32,000 nt of DNA, taken from NCBI GenBank assembly GCA_041941765.1, contig CP145869.1:60001-92000 (forward strand), written 5' to 3'. Made by a program: the position numbers and the translations under genes. Below are positions 1-8,768 of this stretch, one piece after another; position 1 is the stretch's first letter, and each line of letters opens with the position of its first letter. The stretch is from Candidatus Saccharimonadota bacterium. GTDB lineage: Bacteria > Pseudomonadota > Gammaproteobacteria > Enterobacterales > Enterobacteriaceae. The notes below the pieces were generated by a model. The model saw only the letters and a list, made by a program, of their open reading frames with translations, searched no databases and was not told where the DNA came from.

Positions 1-1219
1 AATTAATGATAATAAATACCATCTTTCAAAACAACAAACTCAAGCCATATTAGATTTACGATTAAATAAACTTACTAGCTTAGAATATAAAAATTTATTA
101 GATGAATATAATGAGATTTTAAAAAAAATCAAACAATTATCTTATATTCTAAAAAATTCTGAACAGTTAATGAAAGTTATTTGTAAGGAATTAATCGAAA
201 TTCGTGATCAGTTTTATGATAAACGTCGTACTGAAATTATTACAAAAAATATTGATATCACTCATCAAGATCTAATTAGTAAGATACCTGTAGTAGTAAC
301 GTTATCACATTTAGGATATGTAAAATATCAACCATTATCAGAGTATGAAGCGCAGCATCGAGGTGGAAAAGGAAAATCAGCTACTCGTATAAAAAAAGGA
401 CAAGATTATATAGAACGATTGTTAGTTGCAAATAGTCATGATTCTATTCTATGCTTCTCTAGTCTTGGTAGATTATATTGGCTCAAAGTATATCAATTAC
501 CAGAAGCAAATCGTGGTTCTAAAGGACGTCCAATTGTTAATATTTTACCTTTAATATCTAATGAAAGAATTACAGCTCTTCTTCCAGTTCATCATGATAA
601 TATATTTGGAAAACATGTTTTTATGGCAACTGCAAAAGGATTAGTAAAAAAAACGCCTTTAACGGAATTAAATAAGCCAAGACATGCAGGTATTATTGCT
701 ATTAAGTTAAATGAAAATGATGAACTTATAGGAGTTAATTTCACCAATGGAACTAATGATGTAATGTTATTTTCAGCTACAGGTAAAGTAGTACGTTTTA
801 CAGAACAATCAGTACGATCAATGGGTCGCACATCCGCTGGAGTGCGTGGCATCAAGTTATCTACATTGGATCGAGTAGTTTCATTAATTATTCCAGATAA
901 TAAAGGTGACATTCTAACAGTTACTCAACACGGATATGGAAAACGAACAACTATTGATGAATATCCGTTAAAATCAAGAGCTACACAGGGTGTTATTTCT
1001 ATCAAAATTACTAAACGTAATGGTAATGTAGTTAGTGCAATTCAAGTTGATAGTTGTGATGAAATAATGATAATAACAGATGCAGGTACTTTAGTTCGTA
1101 CTAGAGTTGTCGAAGTAAGTCTTGTTGGACGTAATACTCAAGGTGTAGTTTTAATACGTACTTCACTACATGAACATGTAGTAGGATTACAACGAATAGT
1201 TGAACCCAAAAAATCATAA
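1..1219 (+). CDS. gyrA: DNA gyrase subunit A, C-terminal part (5' end outside window)
   Basis: The frame is open from base 2. [28 protein letters not shown]... continues into the 349-aa track ORF. It aligns with the end of the coiled coil and the beta-pinwheel C-terminal domain of E. coli GyrA. Stop TAA at 1217-1219. Confidence 0.96.
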   Translation, partial: INDNKYHLSKQQTQAILDLRLNKLTSLEYKNLLDEYNEILKKIKQLSYILKNSEQLMKVICKELIEIRDQFYDKRRTEIITKNIDITHQDLISKIPVVVTLSHLGYVKYQPLSEYEAQHRGGKGKSATRIKKGQDYIERLLVANSHDSILCFSSLGRLYWLKVYQLPEANRGSKGRPIVNILPLISNERITALLPVHHDNIFGKHVFMATAKGLVKKTPLTELNKPRHAGIIAIKLNENDELIGVNFTNGTNDVMLFSATGKVVRFTEQSVRSMGRTSAGVRGIKLSTLDRVVSLIIPDNKGDILTVTQHGYGKRTTIDEYPLKSRATQGVISIKITKRNGNVVSAIQVDSCDEIMIITDAGTLVRTRVVEVSLVGRNTQGVVLIRTSLHEHVVGLQRIVEPKKS

Positions 1220-1264
1220 AATAAAGAATTTTTCTTATTTAAGAAACCAACAAACCAGTTAATT

Positions 1265-1588
1265 ATGAATGATAATAAAGCTATTATTATATTATGTACT
1301 GTTCCTACTGAAGAATGCGCTATAAAATTAGCAAATAAATTATTAGCTATAAAGAGAGCTGCTTGTATAACATATTGGCTAAATACTAAATCTTTATATT
1401 ATTGGAACGACCAACTTCAAAAAACTACTGAAGTCCAAATGTTAATAAAAAGTAATAGTTTGCATGAAAAGGAATTACTACAAATAATTAAAAATATGCA
1501 TCCATATGAAATACCAGAAATATTAGTTTTACCTATAATACAAGGTAATGAACAATATCTTTTATGGCTAGATAGATCATTAATCTAA
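1265..1588 (+). CDS. cutA: Divalent-cation tolerance protein CutA
   Basis: The 107-aa ORF (ATG start) aligns end to end with E. coli CutA (...LCT.P....A..LA..L...K.AAC......SLYYW...L....EVQM..K........L...K..HPYE.PE.LVLP......YL.WL..SL). Confidence 0.88.
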   Translation: MNDNKAIIILCTVPTEECAIKLANKLLAIKRAACITYWLNTKSLYYWNDQLQKTTEVQMLIKSNSLHEKELLQIIKNMHPYEIPEILVLPIIQGNEQYLLWLDRSLI

Positions 1589-1638
1589 TTTCTTAGATTT
1601 AATATTTATATACTAATAACAAATCTACTTTTTAAATA

Positions 1639-1714
1639 GCCTGGATAGCTCAGTTGGTAGAGCAAGGGACTGAAAATCCCTGTGTCGGTGGTTCAATTCC
1701 ACCTCCAGGCACCA
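1639..1714 (+). tRNA. tRNA-Phe (anticodon GAA), CCA encoded
   Basis: A 76-nt GC-rich island in an AT spacer. The cloverleaf has 7/4/5/5-bp stems and anticodon loop CTGAAAA. It is nearly identical to E. coli tRNA-Phe and ends ...TCCAGGCACCA. Confidence 0.97.
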
Positions 1715-1830
1715 TACTAAAAATAATACGTATGATTTTTTTACTATAATATATTTTAATTTGCTTTAAAAAATTAAGAGAAGAAATAATATCGTTTGTT
1801 AGTTAATAAAATGGAGTATAAATATATATT

Positions 1831-2283
1831 GTGAAATTGAAAAGACGTCGTGCACGTGAATATGTTCTTCAGGCACTTTATTCTTGGCAATTATCTAGTA
1901 ATAATAACATTATTGCTGAATTTGAGTCTCAGTTATCATTTCAAGATGATATCCCAAACATAGATATACTTTATTTTACTCAATTATTAAAGGGTGTTAT
2001 AGCTTCTAAAAATAATTTAGATCTAATAATTGAAAAATACATTTTAGGTAGACGATTAGATCAAATAGGACCCATTGAAAAATCTATTTTACGATTATCT
2101 TTATTTGAATTAATTAATTTTCATGATATACCGTATAAAGTAATAATTAATGAAGGAATAGAATTAGCAAAAATTTTTGGACCCGAAGATAGTTATAAAT
2201 TTATTAATGCTGTATTAGATAATGCTACTGTCAACATACGTCCTCAAAAAACATTACTATCTAGAAATCTAGATAACAAATAA
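1831..2283 (+). CDS. nusB: Transcription antitermination factor NusB
   Basis: 150 aa; KLKRRRAREYVLQALYSWQL... aligns along its full length with E. coli NusB. The start is GTG. An in-frame TAA at 1819-1821 excludes any upstream ATG. Confidence 0.93.
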   Translation: MKLKRRRAREYVLQALYSWQLSSNNNIIAEFESQLSFQDDIPNIDILYFTQLLKGVIASKNNLDLIIEKYILGRRLDQIGPIEKSILRLSLFELINFHDIPYKVIINEGIELAKIFGPEDSYKFINAVLDNATVNIRPQKTLLSRNLDNK

Positions 2284-2501
2284 GATTCTTTCGTTAAAAT
2301 ATAATTTTTAAAAGTTTATCACATTTTTATATTAGTAAATGTAATTAATATTATCTATATAATTCGGTACAAAATAAGAATCTTAAATAAATACCTATGA
2401 TTTTTTTCTTAATTACTACTACATATATTTTTATTAGATGTTATTTTGACTAGATACTCAATTTGAATTTAGACAAATGAATGAGAGTTTTCAAATAAAT
2501 A

Positions 2502-3089
2502 ATGAAAATCAGTATAATTGCAGCAATTGCTAATCATAATGTTATTGGAAATAATAATGCCATTCCATGGTATTTACCAGCAGACTTAACTTGGTTTAAA
2601 AAACATACTTTGAATAAACCAGTTATTATGGGACGTTTGACATGGCAATCCTTAACAAAACCATTATTAGGCAGGCATAATATTATTATTAGTAAATCTC
2701 TTACTAAGAATAGTATTACTAATAATGAAACTAAAATTAGTTTTGTCTCATCAATAAAATTAGCTATTAATTTAGCATTAGCTTTGAATTATCAAGAAAT
2801 TATGGTAATAGGAGGAGAAAATATATATCGTCAAATGCTAAATTTTGCTGATAATCTTTATCTTACATATATTAATCTAGAAGTTGAAGGAGACACTTAT
2901 TTTCCAAATATTTGTCGAAAAGAATGGATTTCTATATTCAAACAATTTCATTCAGCAGATTATAAAAATAATTATAGTTATTCTTTCGAAATTTTTCAAC
3001 GTATAAAAAAAATAGTCAAAGTAATGGCTCCCCTGACTGGATTCGAACCAGTGACATACGGATTAACAGTCCGTCGTTCTACCAACTGA
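2502..3089 (+). CDS. folA: Dihydrofolate reductase with a 28-codon C-terminal read-on into the antisense of tRNA-Asn
   Basis: MKISIIAAIANHNVIGNNNAIPWYLPADLTWFKKHTLNKPVIMGR...EIMVIGGENIY...LYLTYI..EVEGDTYFP...YSFEIFQR aligns with the 159-aa E. coli FolA. Homology ends at base 3002. The first in-frame stop is TGA 3087-3089, inside the opposite-strand tRNA gene. Confidence 0.9.
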   Translation: MKISIIAAIANHNVIGNNNAIPWYLPADLTWFKKHTLNKPVIMGRLTWQSLTKPLLGRHNIIISKSLTKNSITNNETKISFVSSIKLAINLALALNYQEIMVIGGENIYRQMLNFADNLYLTYINLEVEGDTYFPNICRKEWISIFKQFHSADYKNNYSYSFEIFQRIKKIVKVMAPLTGFEPVTYGLTVRRSTN

Positions 3090-3100
3090 ACTACAGAGGA
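3025..3100 (-). tRNA. tRNA-Asn (anticodon GUU), CCA encoded
   Basis: The reverse complement TCCTCTGTAGTTCAGTTGGTAGAACGACGGACTGTTAATCCGTATGTCACTGGTTCGAATCCAGTCAGGGGAGCCA is nearly identical to E. coli tRNA-Asn. The anticodon loop is CTGTTAA. Confidence 0.97.
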
Positions 3101-3105
3101 AATTT

Positions 3106-3123
3106 AATATTTTAAAAAATATT
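3106..3123. repeat. AT-only inverted repeat (AATATTTT AA AAAATATT) followed by a T run; weak terminator-like element between tRNA-Asn and asnS
   Basis: Bases 3106-3113 pair perfectly with 3116-3123. T residues continue to 3127 on the + strand. The function is not demonstrable from sequence. Confidence 0.4.
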
Positions 3124-3159
3124 TTTTATTATGTCAATTCTTCATTACAATATTAACTA

Positions 3160-4557
3160 TTAAAATTTAGCATTACGTGGTGTACGTGGAAATGGTACAG
3201 TATCTTTAATATTTTGAATTCCAGTTATATAAGCTATTAATCGTTCAAAACCTAACCCAAATCCTGAATGGGGTACAGTTCCATATCGACGTAAATCACG
3301 ATACCACCAATATTCTTCTTGTTTTATTCCTTTTTCATACATTCTTTGGTCAAGAATAGCTAAACGTTCTTCACGTTGTGAACCACCAATAATTTCTCCA
3401 ATTCCAGGAACTAAAATATCTAAAGAGGCTACAGTTTTATTGTCATCATTAAGACGCATATAAAAAGGTTTTATATCTTTTGGATAATTTATTACTCCTA
3501 GCGCACTATTAAAATATTGTTCAGCTAAATAACGTTCATGTTCAGATGATAAATCTGTTCCCCAACTAATTGGATTTTGAAACTTTTTATCACTTGATAA
3601 TAGTATTTCTATAGCATCATTATAATCTATAATAACTAAATTTTTTACAGTAATTTGTTCTAAACGAGTAATAATATCTTTGTCGAACTGAGAAAAAAAA
3701 TTCAGATCTTCAACTCTCTCAATTAATACTTTTTGAATAATATTTTTTAACATTTTTTCGGCTAAAGAAATAATATCATTTAATTTAGCAAATGCTACTT
3801 CAGGTTCCACCATCCAAAATTCTGCTAGATGGCGGCTAGTATTAGAATTTTCTGCACGAAAGGTTGGTCCAAAAGTATATACTTTCGATAATGCACAAGC
3901 ATAAGATTCACAATTCAATTGTCCTGTTCCAGTTAAAAATGTGGCTTTAGCAAAAAAATCTTTAGAAAAATCCACCTGACCTTGAGGATTCAAAGGTAAG
4001 GATTCTAAATTTAAATTAGATACACGAAACATTTCTCCCATTCCTTCTGGATCATAAGTAGTAATAATAGGAGTTGCAATCCATAAATAACCGTTTTCAT
4101 GAAAGAAATGATGTATAGCTTGTGCTAACGTATGACGAATACGTGACATAGCACCAATGAATTTAGTACGTGGACGTAAATGACAAACTTCCCGTAAATA
4201 TTCTCTGGAATGATGTTTTGCAGTAATAGGATAGGTATTTGGATTATCGATCCAACCAACTACCTTTATTAAGGTAATAGCTATTTCAAAATCTTGTTCT
4301 TTTCCAGATGAACTTATAAGTTTTCCTGTAACTATTACAGAACATCCAGTTGATAACTTTAATACTTCTCGATAGTTAAGTAAAGAATGTTCTTCTGCAA
4401 CACATTGAATAGTCTTCAAGCATGAACCATCATATATTGAAATAAATGATAAACCAGATTTTGAAGATCTTTTAGTACGTACCCAACCTTTTACAGTTAC
4501 AATACTATTAAGTTGAATACGATGTTGTAAAATCTCTATTACAGAAACTTCATACAT
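3160..4557 (-). CDS. asnS: Asparagine--tRNA ligase
   Basis: 465 aa, collinear with E. coli AsnS (466 aa). Matching stretches include ...VKGWVRT.R.SK.G.SF...YDGSC..., [36 protein letters not shown] and [34 protein letters not shown]. Confidence 0.98.
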   Translation of the reverse strand: MYEVSVIEILQHRIQLNSIVTVKGWVRTKRSSKSGLSFISIYDGSCLKTIQCVAEEHSLLNYREVLKLSTGCSVIVTGKLISSSGKEQDFEIAITLIKVVGWIDNPNTYPITAKHHSREYLREVCHLRPRTKFIGAMSRIRHTLAQAIHHFFHENGYLWIATPIITTYDPEGMGEMFRVSNLNLESLPLNPQGQVDFSKDFFAKATFLTGTGQLNCESYACALSKVYTFGPTFRAENSNTSRHLAEFWMVEPEVAFAKLNDIISLAEKMLKNIIQKVLIERVEDLNFFSQFDKDIITRLEQITVKNLVIIDYNDAIEILLSSDKKFQNPISWGTDLSSEHERYLAEQYFNSALGVINYPKDIKPFYMRLNDDNKTVASLDILVPGIGEIIGGSQREERLAILDQRMYEKGIKQEEYWWYRDLRRYGTVPHSGFGLGFERLIAYITGIQNIKDTVPFPRTPRNAKF

Positions 4558-4651
4558 AAATATTTCTCAAACGTTTAAATTAAGAAAAGAACACAGTATA
4601 TTATATTTATTTAAATTAATGTTTTTTATTGACATAAGGTATTAATTATAA

Positions 4652-5653
4652 ATGTTATATAATATAATTCGCAACATTTTATTTAAATTCGATCCTGAAT
4701 TAGTACATGAAAAAATATGTAATTATATGAAATTCATGACCAAATTTCAGTCTTTTACTTCTAATATTATATCAAAACCTGTCAATTGTATGGGAATCAA
4801 TTTTAAAAATCCATTAGGACTAGCGGCTGGATTAGATAAAAATGGTGAGTTTATTAATAGTCTGGCATTAATAGGTTTTGGGTATCTAGAAATTGGTACA
4901 GTAACCCCGAAAGCACAATTTGGTAATCCAAAACCCCGACTTTTTCGTATCCAAAAAGCTGAAGCTTTTATTAATCGTATGGGTTTTAATAATCAAGGAG
5001 TTGATAAATTAATTGAAAATCTTAAACAATCACAATTTAAAGGAATTTTAGGGATTAATATTAGTAAAAATCAAGAGACTCCTATAGAATTAAGTAAAGA
5101 AGATTTTTTAATTTGTATGAAAAAAATTTATCCATATGCTAGTTATATTGCAATTAATCTTTCTTCTCCTAATACTCCCAATTTACGTATTTTACAATAT
5201 GGTGAAATTTTAGAAGATCTATTAAAAACTCTTAAAACTGAACAACAATTCCTCACTCAAAAATATAATAAATATATTCCTTTGATTATAAAAATTTCTC
5301 CAGATCTTTCAGAGATTGAAGTAATTAAAATTGCAGATACTTTAATACGATATAATATTGATGGTATTATTGCTACTAATACTACACTAGATCATACCTT
5401 AATAAAAGGTTTGAAATATTGTGAAGAAATAGGAGGTTTAAGTGGACTTCCACTGCAATATCGTAGTACTAATATAATAAAACTTTTAACCAAGGAATTA
5501 CGAGGACGTATACCTATTATAGGCGTAGGAGGCATTAATAATATAATTTCAGCTCGTGAAAAACTCGCTGCTGGAGCAACTTTATTACAAATTTATTCGG
5601 GATTAATATATAAAGGACCATCTTTATTAAAAGAAATATTAATGAATATTTGA
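4652..5653 (+). CDS. pyrD: Dihydroorotate dehydrogenase (quinone), class 2
   Basis: 333 aa, collinear with E. coli PyrD. Matching stretches include ...[23 protein letters not shown]..., [47 protein letters not shown] and PIIGVGGI. Confidence 0.97.
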   Translation: MLYNIIRNILFKFDPELVHEKICNYMKFMTKFQSFTSNIISKPVNCMGINFKNPLGLAAGLDKNGEFINSLALIGFGYLEIGTVTPKAQFGNPKPRLFRIQKAEAFINRMGFNNQGVDKLIENLKQSQFKGILGINISKNQETPIELSKEDFLICMKKIYPYASYIAINLSSPNTPNLRILQYGEILEDLLKTLKTEQQFLTQKYNKYIPLIIKISPDLSEIEVIKIADTLIRYNIDGIIATNTTLDHTLIKGLKYCEEIGGLSGLPLQYRSTNIIKLLTKELRGRIPIIGVGGINNIISAREKLAAGATLLQIYSGLIYKGPSLLKEILMNI

Positions 5654-5660
5654 TAAATAA

Positions 5661-5915
5661 TCAAGCTAATTCAATATTAGTCATAGGTATTGAACAACAA
5701 GACAAAATAAATCCATCAATAATTATTGGTGATGTTTTTATTTTTCCTTTTATTAACCGTAATTTACATGCACCACATATTCCAGATCGACAAAAATAAG
5801 GAATAATAAATTGTTGTTCTTCAAGCTGTTCAATTAAAATTTGTTGAGTATTTCCATTAAAAATTGTTCCTTGATACAATACTCTAATAAGAGTACTATT
5901 TTTTTTGATTGACAT
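5661..5915 (-). CDS. yfaE: Small plant-type 2Fe-2S ferredoxin (YfaE-like; alternatively a remnant of the ycbX ferredoxin domain)
   Basis: 84 codons from ATG 5915; the track ORF begins at a TTG 12 nt further upstream. It has the cysteine motif CRSGICGACK...SCC. Its length and C-terminal ...IL.CC......IE.. resemble E. coli YfaE (84 aa). The symbol is tentative. Confidence 0.6.
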   Translation of the reverse strand: MSIKKNSTLIRVLYQGTIFNGNTQQILIEQLEEQQFIIPYFCRSGICGACKLRLIKGKIKTSPIIIDGFILSCCSIPMTNIELA

Positions 5916-5979
5916 AAATAATATCAAATGAAAATTAATGTATATTAAAATAAATTAACATAATTTTTAAAATTATATA

Positions 5980-6828
5980 ATGAAATATATTGGAGCCCAT
6001 GTTAGCACTTCGGGAGGATTTGAACAAGCAGTATTACGTGCTAATAAATTAAATGCTACTGCGTTTTCCATGTTTGTAAAAAATCAACGACAGTGGAATG
6101 CTATCCCTTTAAGTAAAGATGAAATTAATATTTTTCGTAGTTTCTGTAAAAAATATCATTTTTCATCTAAACAAATTATATCCCATACTAGTTATTTGGT
6201 TAATCTTGGTCATCCTATTAAGGAATTACGAAAAAAATCTCTTTTATCATTTATAGATGAAATCCGACGTTGTCATCAATTAGGTATTAACTTATTAAAT
6301 GTTCATCCTGGGAGTCATCTAAATCTGATAGATGAAGATACATGTTTAACAAATATTATAGAATCAATTAATTTTGCATTAGAAGAAACACATGATGTCA
6401 TTATAGTCATTGAAAATACAGCAGGTCAAGGAACTAATGTAGGTTTCTTATTTGAACATCTAGCTGACATTATTAATTCAGTAGAAGACAAATCACGTAT
6501 TGGAGTTTGTTTTGATACTTGTCATGCATTTGCAGCTGGTTATAATTTTTGTACTCAAGAATTTTATAACCGAACCTTTATAGAATTTGAAAAAATTATT
6601 GGATTGAAATATTTACGTGCAATGCATCTAAATGATGCAAAAAGCATTTTTAATAGTCGTATTGATCGTCATCATTCGATAGGATTAGGAAACATCGGAA
6701 AAACTGTTTTTAAATGGATCATGAATGATGAACGTTTTAATAATATTCCTCTTATTATTGAAACAATTAATCCTCTTCTTTGGCAAAAGGAAATAGAATG
6801 GTTAAAAGATCAACAATTTAAACCTTAA
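5980..6828 (+). CDS. nfo: Endonuclease IV
   Basis: 282 aa. [11 protein letters not shown]......RA....ATAF..F.KNQRQW..., [43 protein letters not shown] and DRHHS.G.GNIG all match E. coli Nfo. Confidence 0.97.
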   Translation: MKYIGAHVSTSGGFEQAVLRANKLNATAFSMFVKNQRQWNAIPLSKDEINIFRSFCKKYHFSSKQIISHTSYLVNLGHPIKELRKKSLLSFIDEIRRCHQLGINLLNVHPGSHLNLIDEDTCLTNIIESINFALEETHDVIIVIENTAGQGTNVGFLFEHLADIINSVEDKSRIGVCFDTCHAFAAGYNFCTQEFYNRTFIEFEKIIGLKYLRAMHLNDAKSIFNSRIDRHHSIGLGNIGKTVFKWIMNDERFNNIPLIIETINPLLWQKEIEWLKDQQFKP

Positions 6829-6910
6829 TTTTTAGTTATTTGTTTCAATTAATGCACATTCATTTGGATACTATTTTATTATTTCTTTTTAATCAGACAT
6901 AGGATTTTTT

Positions 6911-7204
6911 ATGATAACAATTCATGCGATCAAAAAGCCTAATAAGCATCATGGTAAGAGTGGAAATAGACGTTTACGGGCAGCTAATTTATTACCTGCT
7001 ATTATTTATGGTGGTAATAAAGAATCTATTTCCATTATTTTAGATCTTAATAAAATTACTAAATTACAAAATCAAAAAGAATTTTATAATGAACCTTTAA
7101 ATATAATTATTGATGGTCAGAAAAATCACGTAAAAATACAAGAAATCCAGCATCATCCTTTTAAACCTCTAATACTTCATGTTGATTTCATACGAATAGA
7201 ATAA
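6911..7204 (+). CDS. rplY: 50S ribosomal protein L25
   Basis: 97 aa. ...RRLRAAN..PAIIYGG... and ...Q.HP.KP...H.DF.R align with E. coli L25 (94 aa). AGGA lies 7 nt upstream of the ATG. Confidence 0.93.
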   Translation: MITIHAIKKPNKHHGKSGNRRLRAANLLPAIIYGGNKESISIILDLNKITKLQNQKEFYNEPLNIIIDGQKNHVKIQEIQHHPFKPLILHVDFIRIE

Positions 7205-7232
7205 ATAAGAATATTCTGAAAAAAAATCATTA

Positions 7233-7306
7233 CGGCACGTAGCGCAGCTTGGTAGCGCACTGTCATGGGGTGTCAGTGGTCAGAGGTTCAAATCCTCTCG
7301 TGCCGA
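7233..7306 (+). tRNA. tRNA-Pro (anticodon GGG), 3' CCA not encoded
   Basis: CGGCACGTAGCGCAGCTTGGTAGCGCACTGTCATGGGGTGTCAGTGGTCAGAGGTTCAAATCCTCTCGTGCCGA is nearly identical to E. coli proL tRNA. The discriminator A at 7306 is followed by TAA rather than CCA. Confidence 0.95.
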
Positions 7307-7377
7307 TAAACTAATAATTATTAATAAATTAATAATTAAATAGCTGAAAATAATTAATTACAGTGATAAAATGATAA

Positions 7378-8706
<1,329 letters not shown>

Positions 8707-8768
8707 AAAAGTTATTTGATTTTTTAGGAGATATTATTTTAAATCGCAGTAAATCTTATAAGAGACCA

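Noticed and set aside
592-912. 106-aa ORF on the - strand
   Set aside because: It lies entirely antisense within gyrA and its translation resembles no family I recognise. It is a shadow ORF of a well-supported gene.
1719-1742. Imperfect A/T hairpin (AAAAATAATA CG TATGATTTTT) after tRNA-Phe, a possible terminator
   Set aside because: It has one mismatch, no G-C pairs apart from the central CG, and effectively no loop. It cannot be distinguished from chance palindromes in AT-rich sequence.
1811-1834. 7-codon mini-ORF (ATG GAG TAT AAA TAT ATA TTG TGA) whose stop overlaps the nusB GTG start as GTGA
   Set aside because: It could be a coupling uORF. However, its ATGGAG also supplies the only GGAG upstream of nusB, and such tiny ORFs arise by chance in AT-rich DNA. 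It cannot be supported from sequence alone.
2446-2480. TTGACT -35-like hexamer upstream of folA, and other TATAAT-like hexamers in the spacers
   Set aside because: No acceptable -10 lies at 16-18 nt spacing. In DNA this AT-rich, promoter-like hexamers occur everywhere, so I made no promoter calls.
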